From the human T2T-CHM13v2.0 reference genome, Homo sapiens: DNA of 64,000 nt. The notes beneath the pieces are model-generated. The model did not search any database. It was given only the letters and a program-made list of their open reading frames with translations, and was not told the DNA's origin. The stretch lies in the NCBI GenBank assembly GCA_009914755.4, contig CP068257.2, positions 13,280,001 to 13,344,000 of the forward strand, in the 5' to 3' direction. This document shows positions 37,236-50,656 of this stretch, piece after piece. How positions within the stretch are numbered: position 1 is the stretch's first letter; every line of letters starts with the position of its first letter. The position numbers were made by a program, and so were the translations under genes.

Positions 37236-39899
37236 TACTCTCACCAGTTTACTCTTCTGTAAGATGCAGCAGAGAATAAACAGGTAATGAATGCTACCTT
37301 ACTGATGTCAATAAGCTGTAGTACCCTTTCACAAATGACTTTATTAGAAGAAATTGTCTAGATATCTAAAATAGTCCTTGAAAATGTGTATATGTGCATC
37401 CTTGTATCTACATATGCATAAACAAAGTGAATCTGTGGATGTATGCCCTTTCTCACTGTTCTTTAAAATCACCCTAAATTCAAATTGGGAACATTCTCTA
37501 GTAAATCAGAACAGCATTCTTTGTGGTCATGTTTATTTAAGTATTACATATTCTCATTCCTTTGTTAACAACAACGAAAACAACCAGCCAACCAAAAAAA
37601 CAAAACAAAACCCACACACACACACACAAAAGTAGCAATGCTGGCCCTTGGTCTTTTCCCTGACCTAAATTTCACTCTCTTGTAAAAAGGTCATTTCCCC
37701 CTACCCAAGGGAGAATACCAACATATTTTTTCTGACATACCTCTAAGGCTCCAAACCTTCCACAACGATCAAGAAAAATGACTTGTTTAAAAGCTTATTT
37801 ATATAGTGTTGACAATAAGATTGTCATAGTATGGACATGGAATAGAATATATTCAACTGGCCAGTGGAATTTTATGTCAGAATAAGCCTATGCCTTCACT
37901 TCTCCATGATGTTGCATAATACCCACTCCTATTACTGTATAATATTTCCAGTAGCTATTTACAAATCATTCTGAGGAAAAATAACCATTTAGGGTTTTAG
38001 ATCATATTAGGAAATCACACCTATTTTTAATATAAAAATCTTAGAAACCACTTCAAGTAGAACAATTTTAAATCAATATCCTAACTAGTAGTGATTATAG
38101 AATAATTTTTGATAGGTCATTTGCTAACCTGGTTCACAATTAAGAACAAAATATCTGGTGAATGAATTGTGGATTGTACAAACTGAACATAAAAACAGAC
38201 CTGTTTCGCAACTGAAACCCCATGTGGCTTCACTAATATATTAATTTCTTCTAAGACAGTATCAATATGTACTTTTCATCACTACTTTAAAGTAAAAGAT
38301 CCAATGGAGTGATTGTGTACAATTCTGTCACGTATATGTGCCCTTTGTACTTTTTATTTAGTCAATCTGAGTTTAGTGCCCTTCTTGGGTTTAAACTAAA
38401 TGTTGTAAGCTTTGTTGGCATTGTTCTTAGGACAATGGTTTTAATAAAGGTTAAGGATGCATTCAGGAGAAGTTTCCAAACCATCCTGGAATCACCTGAG
38501 TTTGGTAAGTGGCCCTGTTTTTCCATCCCTAAGGCTAACTAAGTAGATGTTACTCATTAGAACACACAAATAATCACAGATTTTCCTGAGATGTTGAGCC
38601 AGATATGAAAGTTATCCCCTCCACCCAATTTTTGTCATAAAAAGTGTTCTGAACCCGATTTCCAAAGACATAACGGTAATATATGAACTACAATATTGCA
38701 AATTTTGAGCTGATGTGTGACTGTATTGGGGAAAATAGAGGCATCACATAGTTTTTTGTTTTTGTTTTACAGTCTCATGTTCTGAGGAAAGTCATAAGTC
38801 ATGGTTCTCAAACACAAGAAACACCTAGAGAGCATGTTAAGATGCAGATGGAAGATTCCAGGTCCACTTAGCAGAGATTCTTGTTCTGTAGATCTGAGAT
38901 GCTGCCTATGAATCTGCATTTTAAAACAAGTGCTCCAGATGGTTCTAATGCAAGTGGTCTGAGTTCAGGTTTAAGGAATCCTGGTCATAACACTCGCAGG
39001 TACCACAGGAATGGTGAGAATTAACTTTTACAAGAGATGGTGAAAACTGTCCAAAGAAAAGCCATTTTGCTTCTGTTAAAAACAATTTCTTAAATATTCA
39101 ACTTTTCAGGAAACCACCTAAAGATAAATGTTAACTTTTCTAATTCTGTAAAAGGAGGAGTATTAATTTAGTAAAGTAGTTAAAATACAAAAAATGGAAA
39201 TCTGCCTTTTTTTTAAAGGATCTATCAAACTTCCCTCAATTGTAATCAATTTTTACTAAGTAGCACAAGGTTTAAAGAAATATATATTGAAAAGGATCAG
39301 GGTGGGACAGACACATTGGGAACCACAAAACCTCTTCCAAGAGTTAAAAATAAACACCTTTTTTTTTCTTTTTAGCAAAAGTGAAAAATGTAAGCATATA
39401 TTTTTCTAATTTATTTTTGAATTGGATAATAAGCTGTGAATCAGCACTAGGTTTTTTTTTATTGGATAATTATCCTTTAAAGAGTTGTTTAACAGTTTAG
39501 ACTTTAAAAATGTGTTATGTAGGCTGACTTCTGAAAAGCAAAATAAAGTACCCTAATAAAGGCAGCAAAATGCATTAATCCACTATGAATGGAGTTTTAC
39601 ATTTTAATTTATGCCTAATATTTATAAAAGAATTTCATTCATAGGCTACTCACAGTTGTTATCTGACGCATACAGAAGTGTTAAACAACCAATTGCTAGT
39701 TCAGTAGTTTCCTCATGACATCTAATGTTAAGCAAAAATTAGTATGCATATTTCAACATCACCAGTAACCAATACTTTTCAAAATGAAAAAAGTTTCAAT
39801 TATACCATGCTTTTTTTCAAATCATGCTCTTATTTATACAGATCTCAAGTTCATACTCATTAGTTTTAAAAAGATCCAAAACTGGATGGCAGGTACATT

Positions 39900-42800
39900 T
39901 TATTCTGATTCTTTCTTTATCGTTAGCACGCTTCCCAGAAGTCCATAAACTTCTCCATTTGCGCTGTGTGGGCGAGAAGCATTATTTCCCATATGGCTAT
40001 TGTAAGGGCTTCTTAAATTAAAGAAAGAAGCTTTCGTTTCTGCAGTAGGAAGTAACTCTTCTTTGGCTGTGACCTGTGAGACACTTTCAGCAGATGAAGC
40101 CTCCCTCCAAATGTCCTTGTCTTGTGTTTCTCGACTGGTAACAGAATTGCCTCCTTTTTGAAGCATGTAATATAGTATTGGGTTGGTTTTGGTCAATCTT
40201 GGAGAGTCTTTTTCATACTCATTCTTCTCCGCATCAGTGATAACCCACTTAATGGGTCCTTTCTCACTGGGCATGGAACACCCATTCAAAAGCCCAGATT
40301 CTGGTCTAGACCCTGCACAGCCCAAGTGCTCAGGGAAAGTAGGACTCACAGGAGTTTTTACTACACCTGGGTATGAAAATGTCCTGTTATCCATGCAACT
40401 GCTGGGCTGAGTGGAACTGTACATCAGTCCATTTAAAGAAGAAATGCTAAATTCAGGTTTGCTGTTGGTCACATTATTTTTGTGTCCTTTCTTTTTACTG
40501 TCAGCCACAGAGTTACTTCTGTGCGGGGACAAATCTCGCACACAGTTTTCTGAGAGAAGCAGCTGTTTCAGAACATTAAAGCTTTTGCTCTCTCTGGCCC
40601 AACTCCTGTGTTCACTTTCGCTGGCTGAGCCATGACCAGCAGGATATTTAAATTCAAGATCATTTCTGCTAAATTTCAGCTCTTCCTGGTTAAGCAAGGA
40701 CCCATACAGTACTTCTGGGGCACTGTGATTGTTTGCAGCATCAACAATGTTGTTTTTCATCTTTTTAAATGGATTTTCTAATGGCTCAGTATAAAGCTTC
40801 CTTTTCTTAGGGACCATGCAAAGATTCTTTGATTCTAGAAGTGCCATTTCATTATTTCTGTGACTCCTGTCTGAATCATCTGCCAGGTAACTATCTTGAT
40901 TTTGTCTTAGCAATCGACTTAGCAGACCATTCTTGGAGAAAGAAAAATCCTGAGGTGAAACAGGCTCCGATTTAAAGTCTTCGGACACTGGTAAGGCAGG
41001 TGCGCTTCTCTGCACAGCAGGAGCCATACCCAAGAATGGGGCACTCTTAGCATCATGGCTCAAGTGCACATTTGTGTTAGGAATTTGTAAGTCATCACAA
41101 GGCTCAGATTTTATTTTCACCATCAGTATTTGTTCACTTAAAGCTCTCTCTGAGTGTTCCTGAGTACTTTCATCTCTTAAGGGAGTTTTCTCTTTTTTTT
41201 CACTCTTCCCTTTGTTGGGGTTCCCCAGGAGCAACTGGAGGACAGTACGTCTTTCAAGCAGATTTTCTATTTCAGAACCAGAAAGCCCTGGTTCAGGACC
41301 TGTTGGTTGACTACTAAATGCTTTATTTTCTTCAACTGCATTTGTTTTATTTGAGAGCAAAGGGCTATTTAATCTATCAATCATACCTATCGGTTTATCT
41401 GTGTTTCCAGTTAACAGCTGTTTGCTGGGTCTCTGCTCTTCCACTGACATGGATGACTGCATTCCACATTGTGCTAAATTTTGTAACAGCTTACTGGCAC
41501 TAAACGTTGCAGAGTTCTGTGCACCTTCATTTTGGGCTGGTTTCTCTCCTGGTGGGTCTTTGCTTTTTGTAAGGTCCATTGAGTGGTTAGATGCAGTATT
41601 TGTTAGCTTTTCAGACTGAGTACTGCAGACATATGGTGGGGAATTCCATTTGATGACCAGAGAGTGTTGAGAGAGATTGATGGGAGACCCTGCTTTGCTT
41701 GATGTAAGTAAAGGTGGAGTGCTCACTGGAGTAGTCCGATTTGTACTGGGGCTTTCTATCACAGAAGTCCTTGCATAATTTTGTGTATTGAACTTGCTCA
41801 CATCATTGTGTACTCCCTGAGGGCTGGTGTTTTTTTCTACATTTTCTTCATTCTTATGGCCAAGTAGCAATTGAAGAAGTGTTACTTTCTGGTGTGAGTT
41901 TAGCTTAGAATTCTTTGAGGTATCTTGATCTTCTTTGATATCTACATCTGGGACTTTTGGATCCCAAGTGTTTAGCAAGGATTGAGTGAAGTTATCCAGG
42001 GAAACAGGTTGGTCAGATTCTGATTTTTCAGTTCGGTGTTTGCAAGACAAGTCTATGGGAACACAGTTGGAATAAGAACTTTCATCACCACTGCTGTCAT
42101 CTGTAAAACTAGGATTGTTATCTGAATATTCATCAATAGTTGTAGGTGTACTACTTTCCTCAAAAATGCTTCCTCTCTCACTGTGACTGTGTCCATTCAT
42201 TGGCTTAGGTATAGTCTGGCTTTTAAGAAGATGTAAAAGCAAACTATTGTTAGCAGCTTGTTTTATATTGTTTCTTTCCAGTGAGTTCTTATAACCTGCA
42301 TTTTTAGGGGAAGAAGGAATGATACCCATTGGATTTTGAAACACTGTAGCACTACTTTTGCTAGCCATCAGTTTGCTTGATGATGTTCTTGCCTGACCAT
42401 TAAGATGGCTTGACATTCCTTTTGGGAGCTGGTAACTGCCAACATCCTTCTGGCCATTTTCTTGCAATCTGGCCATAGCAGCAAGTCTTTCACTTGCTGC
42501 TTGATTTGCATTTTGCGTTTTTAAAGCGTGTTCTCGAGAATACTGCTGCAAATGGGCTTCGCTTGACAGAAGTAATGCTAACTGGCTACAAGCAACACTA
42601 GGTTTAGGTGAGGTGGCAGGACTAGCCCTTTTTTCCACCATGCTTGCAACAGCCTGTAATCTTGCAGCACATGACAACGGTTCACTCATGACCTTTGTTC
42701 CACTTTGTCCAACATGATGAGGAGACTCTGCAAACCTATCTCTGATGAGGTTTTTAGTCACATCAGGAAGATTCGTATCAGGCTTTTGATCTTTAACTTT

Positions 42801-43376
42801 ACTTTTCTTCAACAAAGTTTTTAAGTGACTTGATGCAACACCATAGCACCTTAAATCCTTCTCCACTTTTAAAGAATCATGACTGAGGGCATATCCTTGC
42901 TCCTTGAGGCTCTGCCTGATTTGTTGTGACAGAGCAACAGTCTGCAGCCTAGAGCTGAATGACTGAAGCAAAGAGGCCAGTAATGTGCTATCCTGTTTGC
43001 CTTTAGGCACACTGTCAACCATGCCAGCTAGCAAAGCTTCCTTCTTTACGTTTAAATTCATGATAGAATCAGACAGCCTCTTCCGCTTTGCTGCATTCCA
43101 GTCCTCAGAAGACTGCAACAGTCTGGCTTTTTTGAGGTGCAGCATGCCAGACCCCTGATATGTATGTGTATTGAGAACTGGACCATTACTTTGACAGGTG
43201 GGAAATGCACTGCCAGAAATGTTAAAGTTCTGATCCTCTTCATTATGCCCAGCAGACTTTTTGTCAACGGCAGTACCTGATCCCCCTGCTGCCTGATGCA
43301 TTAGTAATCCTTCTAGGTAAGTTAAAACAATAGAATCCTGGTGCACATCAGAGCCAAGCTCTTCTCCATGAGTCAT
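39900..43376 (-). CDS. NRIP1: Nuclear receptor-interacting protein 1 (RIP140), complete single-exon CDS, 1158 aa plus stop
   Basis: A 3477-nt uninterrupted minus-strand ORF. The protein begins MTHGEELGSDVHQDSIVLTYLEGLLMHQAAGGSGTAVDKK and ends GLLGSVLTIKKESE. It carries multiple LxxLL boxes (for example LLASLL, LLLHLL, LLQLLL, LSRLL), the LYYML motif, and the CtBP-binding PIDLS and PINLS motifs. Both the sequence and the length match human RIP140 as I know it. The true ATG is at 43376-43374. The ORF track runs two codons further upstream because its finder accepted a TTG start. Confidence 0.95.
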   Translation of the reverse strand: MTHGEELGSDVHQDSIVLTYLEGLLMHQAAGGSGTAVDKKSAGHNEEDQNFNISGSAFPTCQSNGPVLNTHTYQGSGMLHLKKARLLQSSEDWNAAKRKRLSDSIMNLNVKKEALLAGMVDSVPKGKQDSTLLASLLQSFSSRLQTVALSQQIRQSLKEQGYALSHDSLKVEKDLRCYGVASSHLKTLLKKSKVKDQKPDTNLPDVTKNLIRDRFAESPHHVGQSGTKVMSEPLSCAARLQAVASMVEKRASPATSPKPSVACSQLALLLSSEAHLQQYSREHALKTQNANQAASERLAAMARLQENGQKDVGSYQLPKGMSSHLNGQARTSSSKLMASKSSATVFQNPMGIIPSSPKNAGYKNSLERNNIKQAANNSLLLHLLKSQTIPKPMNGHSHSERGSIFEESSTPTTIDEYSDNNPSFTDDSSGDESSYSNCVPIDLSCKHRTEKSESDQPVSLDNFTQSLLNTWDPKVPDVDIKEDQDTSKNSKLNSHQKVTLLQLLLGHKNEENVEKNTSPQGVHNDVSKFNTQNYARTSVIESPSTNRTTPVSTPPLLTSSKAGSPINLSQHSLVIKWNSPPYVCSTQSEKLTNTASNHSMDLTKSKDPPGEKPAQNEGAQNSATFSASKLLQNLAQCGMQSSMSVEEQRPSKQLLTGNTDKPIGMIDRLNSPLLSNKTNAVEENKAFSSQPTGPEPGLSGSEIENLLERRTVLQLLLGNPNKGKSEKKEKTPLRDESTQEHSERALSEQILMVKIKSEPCDDLQIPNTNVHLSHDAKSAPFLGMAPAVQRSAPALPVSEDFKSEPVSPQDFSFSKNGLLSRLLRQNQDSYLADDSDRSHRNNEMALLESKNLCMVPKKRKLYTEPLENPFKKMKNNIVDAANNHSAPEVLYGSLLNQEELKFSRNDLEFKYPAGHGSASESEHRSWARESKSFNVLKQLLLSENCVRDLSPHRSNSVADSKKKGHKNNVTNSKPEFSISSLNGLMYSSTQPSSCMDNRTFSYPGVVKTPVSPTFPEHLGCAGSRPESGLLNGCSMPSEKGPIKWVITDAEKNEYEKDSPRLTKTNPILYYMLQKGGNSVTSRETQDKDIWREASSAESVSQVTAKEELLPTAETKASFFNLRSPYNSHMGNNASRPHSANGEVYGLLGSVLTIKKESE

Positions 43377-43415
43377 GTTCAATAGAAGTGTTCACAAGGG
43401 CTTGGTTTCTATTCA

Positions 43416-43440
43416 CTTTAAAGAATGGTTTTCTGTGGTG
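43416..43440 (-). other. NRIP1: Inferred 3' splice acceptor of the NRIP1 coding exon (…ccattctttaaag|TGAATAGAAACC…, minus strand)
   Basis: A pyrimidine-rich stretch followed by AG lies about 40 nt upstream of the ATG on the minus strand. This is consistent with the coding exon carrying a short 5' UTR segment. The exact junction is inferred, not verified. Confidence 0.35.
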
Positions 43441-45384
43441 AGTGCGATGTAACTTTAATAAAGGAGTATCAGTTTATCACCTTCCATCGCAATCAGAGAG
43501 AGACGTACTGTTACATTCTGTCCAAGATTTCTTCTGGCAATGACAAGATAAATGCAGTCTGACCACAGTGCTGATCAACTTCTACGCAAGGAGGAGGAGA
43601 AGAATTCCTTAACACATAGGTCTGTAGCAGTAAGCAGATAGAATCCTTAGTGAATATATTCCTTTTCCTTCTTCATCTTTTGTTCCCCATTAAATGCAAA
43701 TATCAGTGTTCTAAAAAAAATAAAAATAAGAATAGTTAAGGAGGCAGAACTAGAATCACGTTATGATACCTACAAGCAAAATAATATAGCATCTGTAAAT
43801 GTATATATATATTACATATAAATAATAGACATATAAATGGATTATAGTCACTTTAGTAATTTGTTTTATTGCCGTTCCTATTCAATTGAAAATGTCTACT
43901 GGAAATCCTGTGGGTTAATGCATACTGTTAAAATGATCAAATCATTAGAGAAGAGAACATACTTTAATGTTACATAGCCATCTTCCAAAGCCGCCAAGTC
44001 TCTGAATTTTCATAAGCACCTTTCTGCAAAGTAATGTGAATGTTCAGTCTCCTTTATAGCTTTATAGCTCTACAGGGGAACTAGAACTTGCTTCCTTACA
44101 TTACTGGGCACTTAGGAAGAAACAAAAGTAGATGTGCAGAAAAAGGAAAAGAGATGCAGACTCTGATGAGTCTGATGTGGGGTTGAGGCCAACAGAACAG
44201 ATTCATTTCTGACATCATCCCCCAAACACCAGACATTCCATAAGTAATTTTTAGAATTTCCGTTTTCAAAAAAATGAAACCACTAACAAGTTGAAGATTA
44301 TTTTGTGAGTCTGTTCAAAGTGTGACCATCTTAATCATATTCATAAACATTAAAATACAGTCATAAACTTACCTACCCATACTTTTTACCATGACTTATT
44401 AAAGACAGAGAGGAGTGATTCTTTAGATGCTTGTTCAGGGCTATCAAGGGTTTAATGTAGTTCGTTAGTAAATCCTTACTCATGTGCTCTATGGAGAAGT
44501 CTTAATGTCAGGTCCATTCCTTACAGATACAGAAGACAGGGAGGGCATAAACATATATAAAAAGTACAATGGAGAATGCCAAAGACATTTTAGTCACAGT
44601 TTGAAAAATATTCCAATGATATTTATTATCTAAGAAGAGACCAAAAAATTTCCTATCACTAACACATACACAACAGAAGAAGCAAGAACTCATTGCATTT
44701 CTGAAAACTTGATAGGTAAGTGTCAAAATTGACCTAAGGAAGGGGGGCCATGACACCTTTGGAAGAGAAGCTGGAATAAATTCCATGCAGTTTGTTTTTC
44801 AAGATGCCAGAACATTTTGTTTAAGTTATCAGACCTGAAGCTATCAACAAATACCTTGGTCCCTATGGAATTTAAAAGATAAATTTTAATTGAAAGACTA
44901 CCCTGTAGCTTTTTAAGTACAATGCTTAACTCTAAGTCAAACTTTAGGAAATAATTATCTGATTGTATCAAATTGTTGAATTTATTGATTAAAAGGATAA
45001 GAAATGATAGCCAAAGAAAAAGATACAGAAAGGAGGCAGCAACAATTAATTTCAACTGTGTAAGGAGTAGGATGAGAAGAGACTTTCTTGAGATTCCAAT
45101 GCCACCATTTTAAGAAGCTTTGCCATAATGTACTTAAGATGGATATTTTAAGAGGTTAATAATGATATAGAAATGAAATGGTTATCATGACTGCCACCAA
45201 ATATCCATTCTCCCATTTTCATTTACTAATAAAACCCTGACTTGTTTTTCAGGGAGTAGGGAGGTATCCCAGCTAAACACTACTTTTCTCCCCCCTCTGG
45301 TTATATTTTACAATTGATGGCATGTTGCTTAATTGGAGGCTTATTTTTCTTTCTTAGTGGTATAAAACATACGGGTACATTTTA

Positions 45385-45768
<384 letters not shown>

Positions 45769-47843
45769 TTAATTCTCAACTAGTTAAGACATTTAACAAC
45801 CATTTAATGGGATATGCAAGTCCACTGTATTTCTCTCCACACCACTGCCAACCTTTTTGCTCTTGGGTAGACTCAAGAAAGTCAAAATCATACCAGTCAT
45901 TTGAAAACTGGTTTGTAAACAGCCATAAAACATACTTTATTTAAGAATAAGAATGAAATAAGGAGCATCTTTGAGTTCATATTACTCCTGTTATTGCTTT
46001 CTACTTTTTACTGTGCATGATATAATTTGCAAAGTATTATTCATTGCTTTAAAAAGACTGAATTTACACATTTCTGAATTTACAAAGCAGATTTGGAAGT
46101 TGATTTAAAAAGGAATTATCACAGTTTCCTTGTAAAGGAGCTCTAACACTGTATTTTACCATTTATTTACCTCTCTACCATTTATTTCCTATCTTCACAG
46201 AGAAAGTAGATGACAGATATTAAGAATAATCATCTCTTAATAATCCATTTTTTGGCAATCAGCTTTCTCAGGTTGAAAATCATTTCTTACATATGAAAAC
46301 AATTTTTAACTTCAAGAACGAAAATGACATATACAAATAATTTTATTAAGCTCCTTGGGTCTGAGGACTGTGCTAATTATAATTACTACAGTGCAACACA
46401 GTCAACAGATAACTGAACCTTGGGATACATTAAGTTATTCAATGACCAAATTCCCAGTAGGAAGGAAGGGAATTTGACATTCAAACACACACATTCTCTC
46501 ACTCTCAAAAAATATATAGATGAGATACTAAAATAATTCGAATCACAAATTTGAAACCACACACTGTAGTTCATCACTTGAAGGAATCACGAGGAGAAGG
46601 TCATTCTAAATATTCAATTGTTTATTTCATTTAAATCAATACAACATATTCTTACTGAACTCCCAATCTGCTTCAAGATCTGTCTTAGGATTGGTGAATT
46701 ATGTTCATTTTTAAAAAGGGATGTGATAGACAACATCTAGAGAAACAGGCAAGGTGAACATCCACCTTTAAGTTTCTAGAACATCTCTAATAATAAAAAT
46801 ATCTTCTCCTCATGCTACTTCTTTTCACATTTTCACATGACTCTTATATCACCAAGCACAAAAAAATTAAAAAATGTGATATGAAAAATCTTCCAAAGAT
46901 TGTTTTAAGATTTTTAAATGAAAACTATAAAACAAACATTTTTAGTTCAGAAAATGTGGTTACCATAGTATGGATAAAAGTCACTATGTGTATGCACTAA
47001 GCTTTCACACTTTCTTCTAGAGAAGTGGACCAGTAACACATTTAGAATAGATTTAAAAGGAAGATGAATAATTGCTTCCAAAATATTCTAAGTCAAGGCA
47101 GTTATTTTTCATTAATTTCTTTGAAAAAAATCCTATAAAACGTACCAATTACATGAAGTAGTGGAGAAAAAGGATTTTCTTATGGAGACCTGTTTTTTAA
47201 ATGAGATAAATCTGTAAATCAAAGATTGTGGTCACGTGGAGAGGCTGCCTCAGGTGACACAGCAGCAACACCTACCACTGTTCTAGCAGAAAATGAAGTG
47301 TCTATCCTAGGAAAGCAGGAATTCTTACACCCCTTAAGGCCTGAACGCACTTAGCTCCTTCTATTGAAAGCTCTTCAGGGAGCAGAGTGAGCCAAATTTC
47401 TTTAGATATCTTCCTTTTCTATCTCTTAAACTAGAGAGGGAGAAATCACTAACAATCCTTCTCACCTTTCCCAATCCTTGCCTTTTCATTTCTATAGTAT
47501 AGAATATAATTGAGAAATATAGCAAAAAAAGAAAATGAGGCACGATACTAAATAGTACAGCTTGTTGGGACCTATGGATTTAGGGTATTAAGGTAAAATA
47601 TGACCACTACCTAATAAATAGACGTTTTAAGGTTAAAATGTTATTTTAAGTTATTCAATATTAGCTTAACTCATTTTCTTTTAGTGAAAGACAACCACAT
47701 TATTCATGAAATTCCAACATATAGTTCTCTTGCCTGGTTTTATATAAATATAACTTAAGAATGTTGCCAGGTGTATTCTTGAGTATATTTAGTTACCAAT
47801 ACCTAAATGTCAACACACATTTAATAATTAGGTTTCTTTAGAG

Positions 47844-48162
47844 CAGCAGTCCCCAACCTTTTTGGCACCAGAGACTGGTTTCATGGAAGATAATTTTTGC
47901 ATGGAGTAGCGGGGTGGAGATGGTTTCAAGATGAAACTGTTCCACCTCAGATCATCAGGCATTAGATTCTTATAAACAGTGGGGAACCTAGATCCCTCAC
48001 ATGTGCAGTTTACACTAGGGTTCGCACTTCTATGAGAATCTAATGCTGCCACCGATGTGACAGGAGGCGGAGCTCAGGCGGTAATGCTTGCTGGCCCACT
48101 GCTCACCGCCTGCTGTGTGGCCCAGTTCCTAACAGGCTTGGCCTGGGGGTTGGGAACCCCTG
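47844..48162. mobile_element. Non-autonomous hAT-type DNA transposon (MER30-like MITE) with terminal inverted repeats and an 8-bp TSD
   Basis: The 5' end is cagcagtccccaaccttttt and the 3' end is gggggttgggaacccctg; these are inverted complements of each other. Internally it reads ggcaccagagactggtttcatggaagataatttttgcatgg ... ctcaggcggtaatgcttgctggcc. The flanking 8-mers are ctttagag on the left and cttcagag on the right, matching at 7 of 8 positions. Confidence 0.7.
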
Positions 48163-48842
48163 CTTCAGAGAATTGCAATTAATGTATATTTTGAAACTGG
48201 AATTGTTTATAAAATATTGAATCCTCTGGTTTGTTATTTTCTTAATTTTGATGGTGATTTCATTAGAGCTTGTGCATGTGTCTATTTAAAGTTATTAAAC
48301 ATTTGCATCACAGTAAGGGAGAGACTTTACTTGTATGGTATATACTTGTTAAATAACTTCTAAGTAAAGAAAACAGAACTTTTCTAGAATTTGGCTTATG
48401 GCGGATGAGAAGAACCAAAGGAAGTAAAAATACTAAAGGGACAGAAAAAGAAAAAAAAAAGGGAAAAATACTAAGAACAAATAAAGGCATCATGAATTCT
48501 GCAACTCTCATGAGGTGCCAGAAGGAAAAACTTAGTTTACAAACTAAGTAGATTATATTACTAGCCTGCCTTTAAACATTAGGTTGGTAGATATGACATG
48601 CAAAGTGAAGAAACATCTTTTATGAACACTAAAAATGCATATATACAACGAGAAAAAAGTAAAACCTACACAATAATAGAATAAAAGCTAACTCAGTGAT
48701 GTTTGTTTCAACTTGGCTGTCATTTTTATAGAGTGGTTCCATAAAATTTTGAGGAAAAAATGGTTAATTTTAACAAAAAATTTAGTATAACATTCAGGAT
48801 ACCAAGAAGTACTAAATTTTGATTTCAGTATTATCGTCTTAA

Positions 48843-49168
<326 letters not shown>

Positions 49169-50010
49169 TCTTTTACAATTTTAGTTCATTTTAACCCTCA
49201 GTACACCAAGAAAAACAGTCATCATCATTTATCATCTGGGTCCAAAAGACATTTTATTAATATTTAAGTTAATTCATGAATAATTTACACAATAAGAATA
49301 AAGAAATGACACAAAACAACTTCACTGATTTTTTTTCATAAGAATTTAAACATAACATTGTAATTCAATTCTTCATTCCCTGTTTTCCTGGTTTTGAAGG
49401 AGTATATATCTGAAAAGGACAAGGCGCTTTGAAACTGACAGCTCATCAACAGGTTCATGGATGAACCTGGAAATATTTATAAATATTGATTCCAGATTTC
49501 AGGTATGTGTTTAAAAGGACTCTTGGGTCTTCTTCTTGTACTTGAAGAATTCAAAATGTGTTACTTTTGATAATTTTAATAGCTCATAATGATGTTGAAA
49601 AGATGACAGAAATTTCTGCTTCGTAATTGCCCAATATATTTCATTTTTAGACTAACAGCAATTACAATGATCAATCCAATGAATTACTTCATTTCTGTAT
49701 CATCTCTTTCTTTACAATCTCCTCTATCAAACACCTGCCTTAAGTATCTGTCCACTTACGAACAGTGTCAAATAAATTTGGTGTTCCAAAAATCATAAAA
49801 GATGAAAGAATACTGTCACACACCCTTTGAAGAAAACAGAGCCATTGAAGTTTTTGCCACAAAACACTTGAGTGTTGAATACCGAGCAATGCAGTCTTTC
49901 CTAATGAATAACTAACTGTATGAAAATACTATACTTACTTTTTGTCCTGAGAACTGTATTTTTGAACTATATTGTTACTCATTGCTCCCTGTGTTTGAGA
50001 AAATTCACCT

Positions 50011-50300
50011 GGCTGGGCGCAGTGGCTCATGCCTGTAACTTCAGCACTTTCAGAGGCTGAGGCAGGATGAATGCTTGAGCCCAGGAGTTCGAGACCAGCC
50101 TGGGCAACATGGCGAGACCCCATCTTTACAAAAACATTAAAAAAAAAATAGCTGGGTGTGATGTTATCAGCCTGCAGTTTCAGCTACTTGGGAGGCTGAG
50201 GTGGGAGGATCACCTGAGTCTGGGGAAGTCAAGGCTGCAGTAAGCCATGATAGCACCTGTGCACTTTAGCCTGGGTGACAGAGCAAGACCCTGTGGAAAG
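50011..50300 (+). mobile_element. Alu SINE (sense)
   Basis: The element starts ggctgggcgcagtggctcatgcctgtaacttcagcactttcagaggctgaggcagg and ends ...gcctgggtgacagagcaagaccctgtgg. Confidence 0.9.
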
Positions 50301-50656
50301 AAAGAACAGGAAGGACGAATGGACGGAAGGAAGGAAACATTCATCTAGGATGTATCTGAAGACAACAGTCAGTGGTATTGCTTATATAATCAATAGCACC
50401 ATAATCATTCACATGTAAAGTATTAGCATCAGTTTTTTTCCATTCATCTTCTGGTTTATCTAAGTGAAATATCTTCGTTTGTCAACTTTCCTCTTTGACA
50501 TTACAGACAGAAAAATACTGAATCATCAATTTTTAATAAAAACTTAAAACAAAAGGGAAAGACTATAAAGACAGTGTCTCCAGATGTTTTATTTTTATTT
50601 TTTTACATTCTTGAAAGATAATGTAGTATAATGGGCTCTAAGAAAACTGAAGATGG

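Larger units (their letters stand above)
36425..39899 (-). other. NRIP1: NRIP1 3' UTR (about 3.5 kb, AT-rich); the distal end is approximate
   Basis: The region lies immediately 3' of the NRIP1 stop codon on the minus strand. It is AU-rich with (TA)n tracts. A candidate AATAAA with a GU-rich downstream element lies at ~36444-36400. I do not recall the RefSeq mRNA length exactly, so it was not used to fix the end. Confidence 0.4.

Noticed and set aside
43377-43382. ORF-track start at 43382 (MNM...) for the NRIP1 ORF
   Set aside because: The first codon is TTG, which the ORF finder rendered as M. The authentic initiator is the ATG at 43376-43374 (MTHGEE...), giving the known 1158-aa protein.
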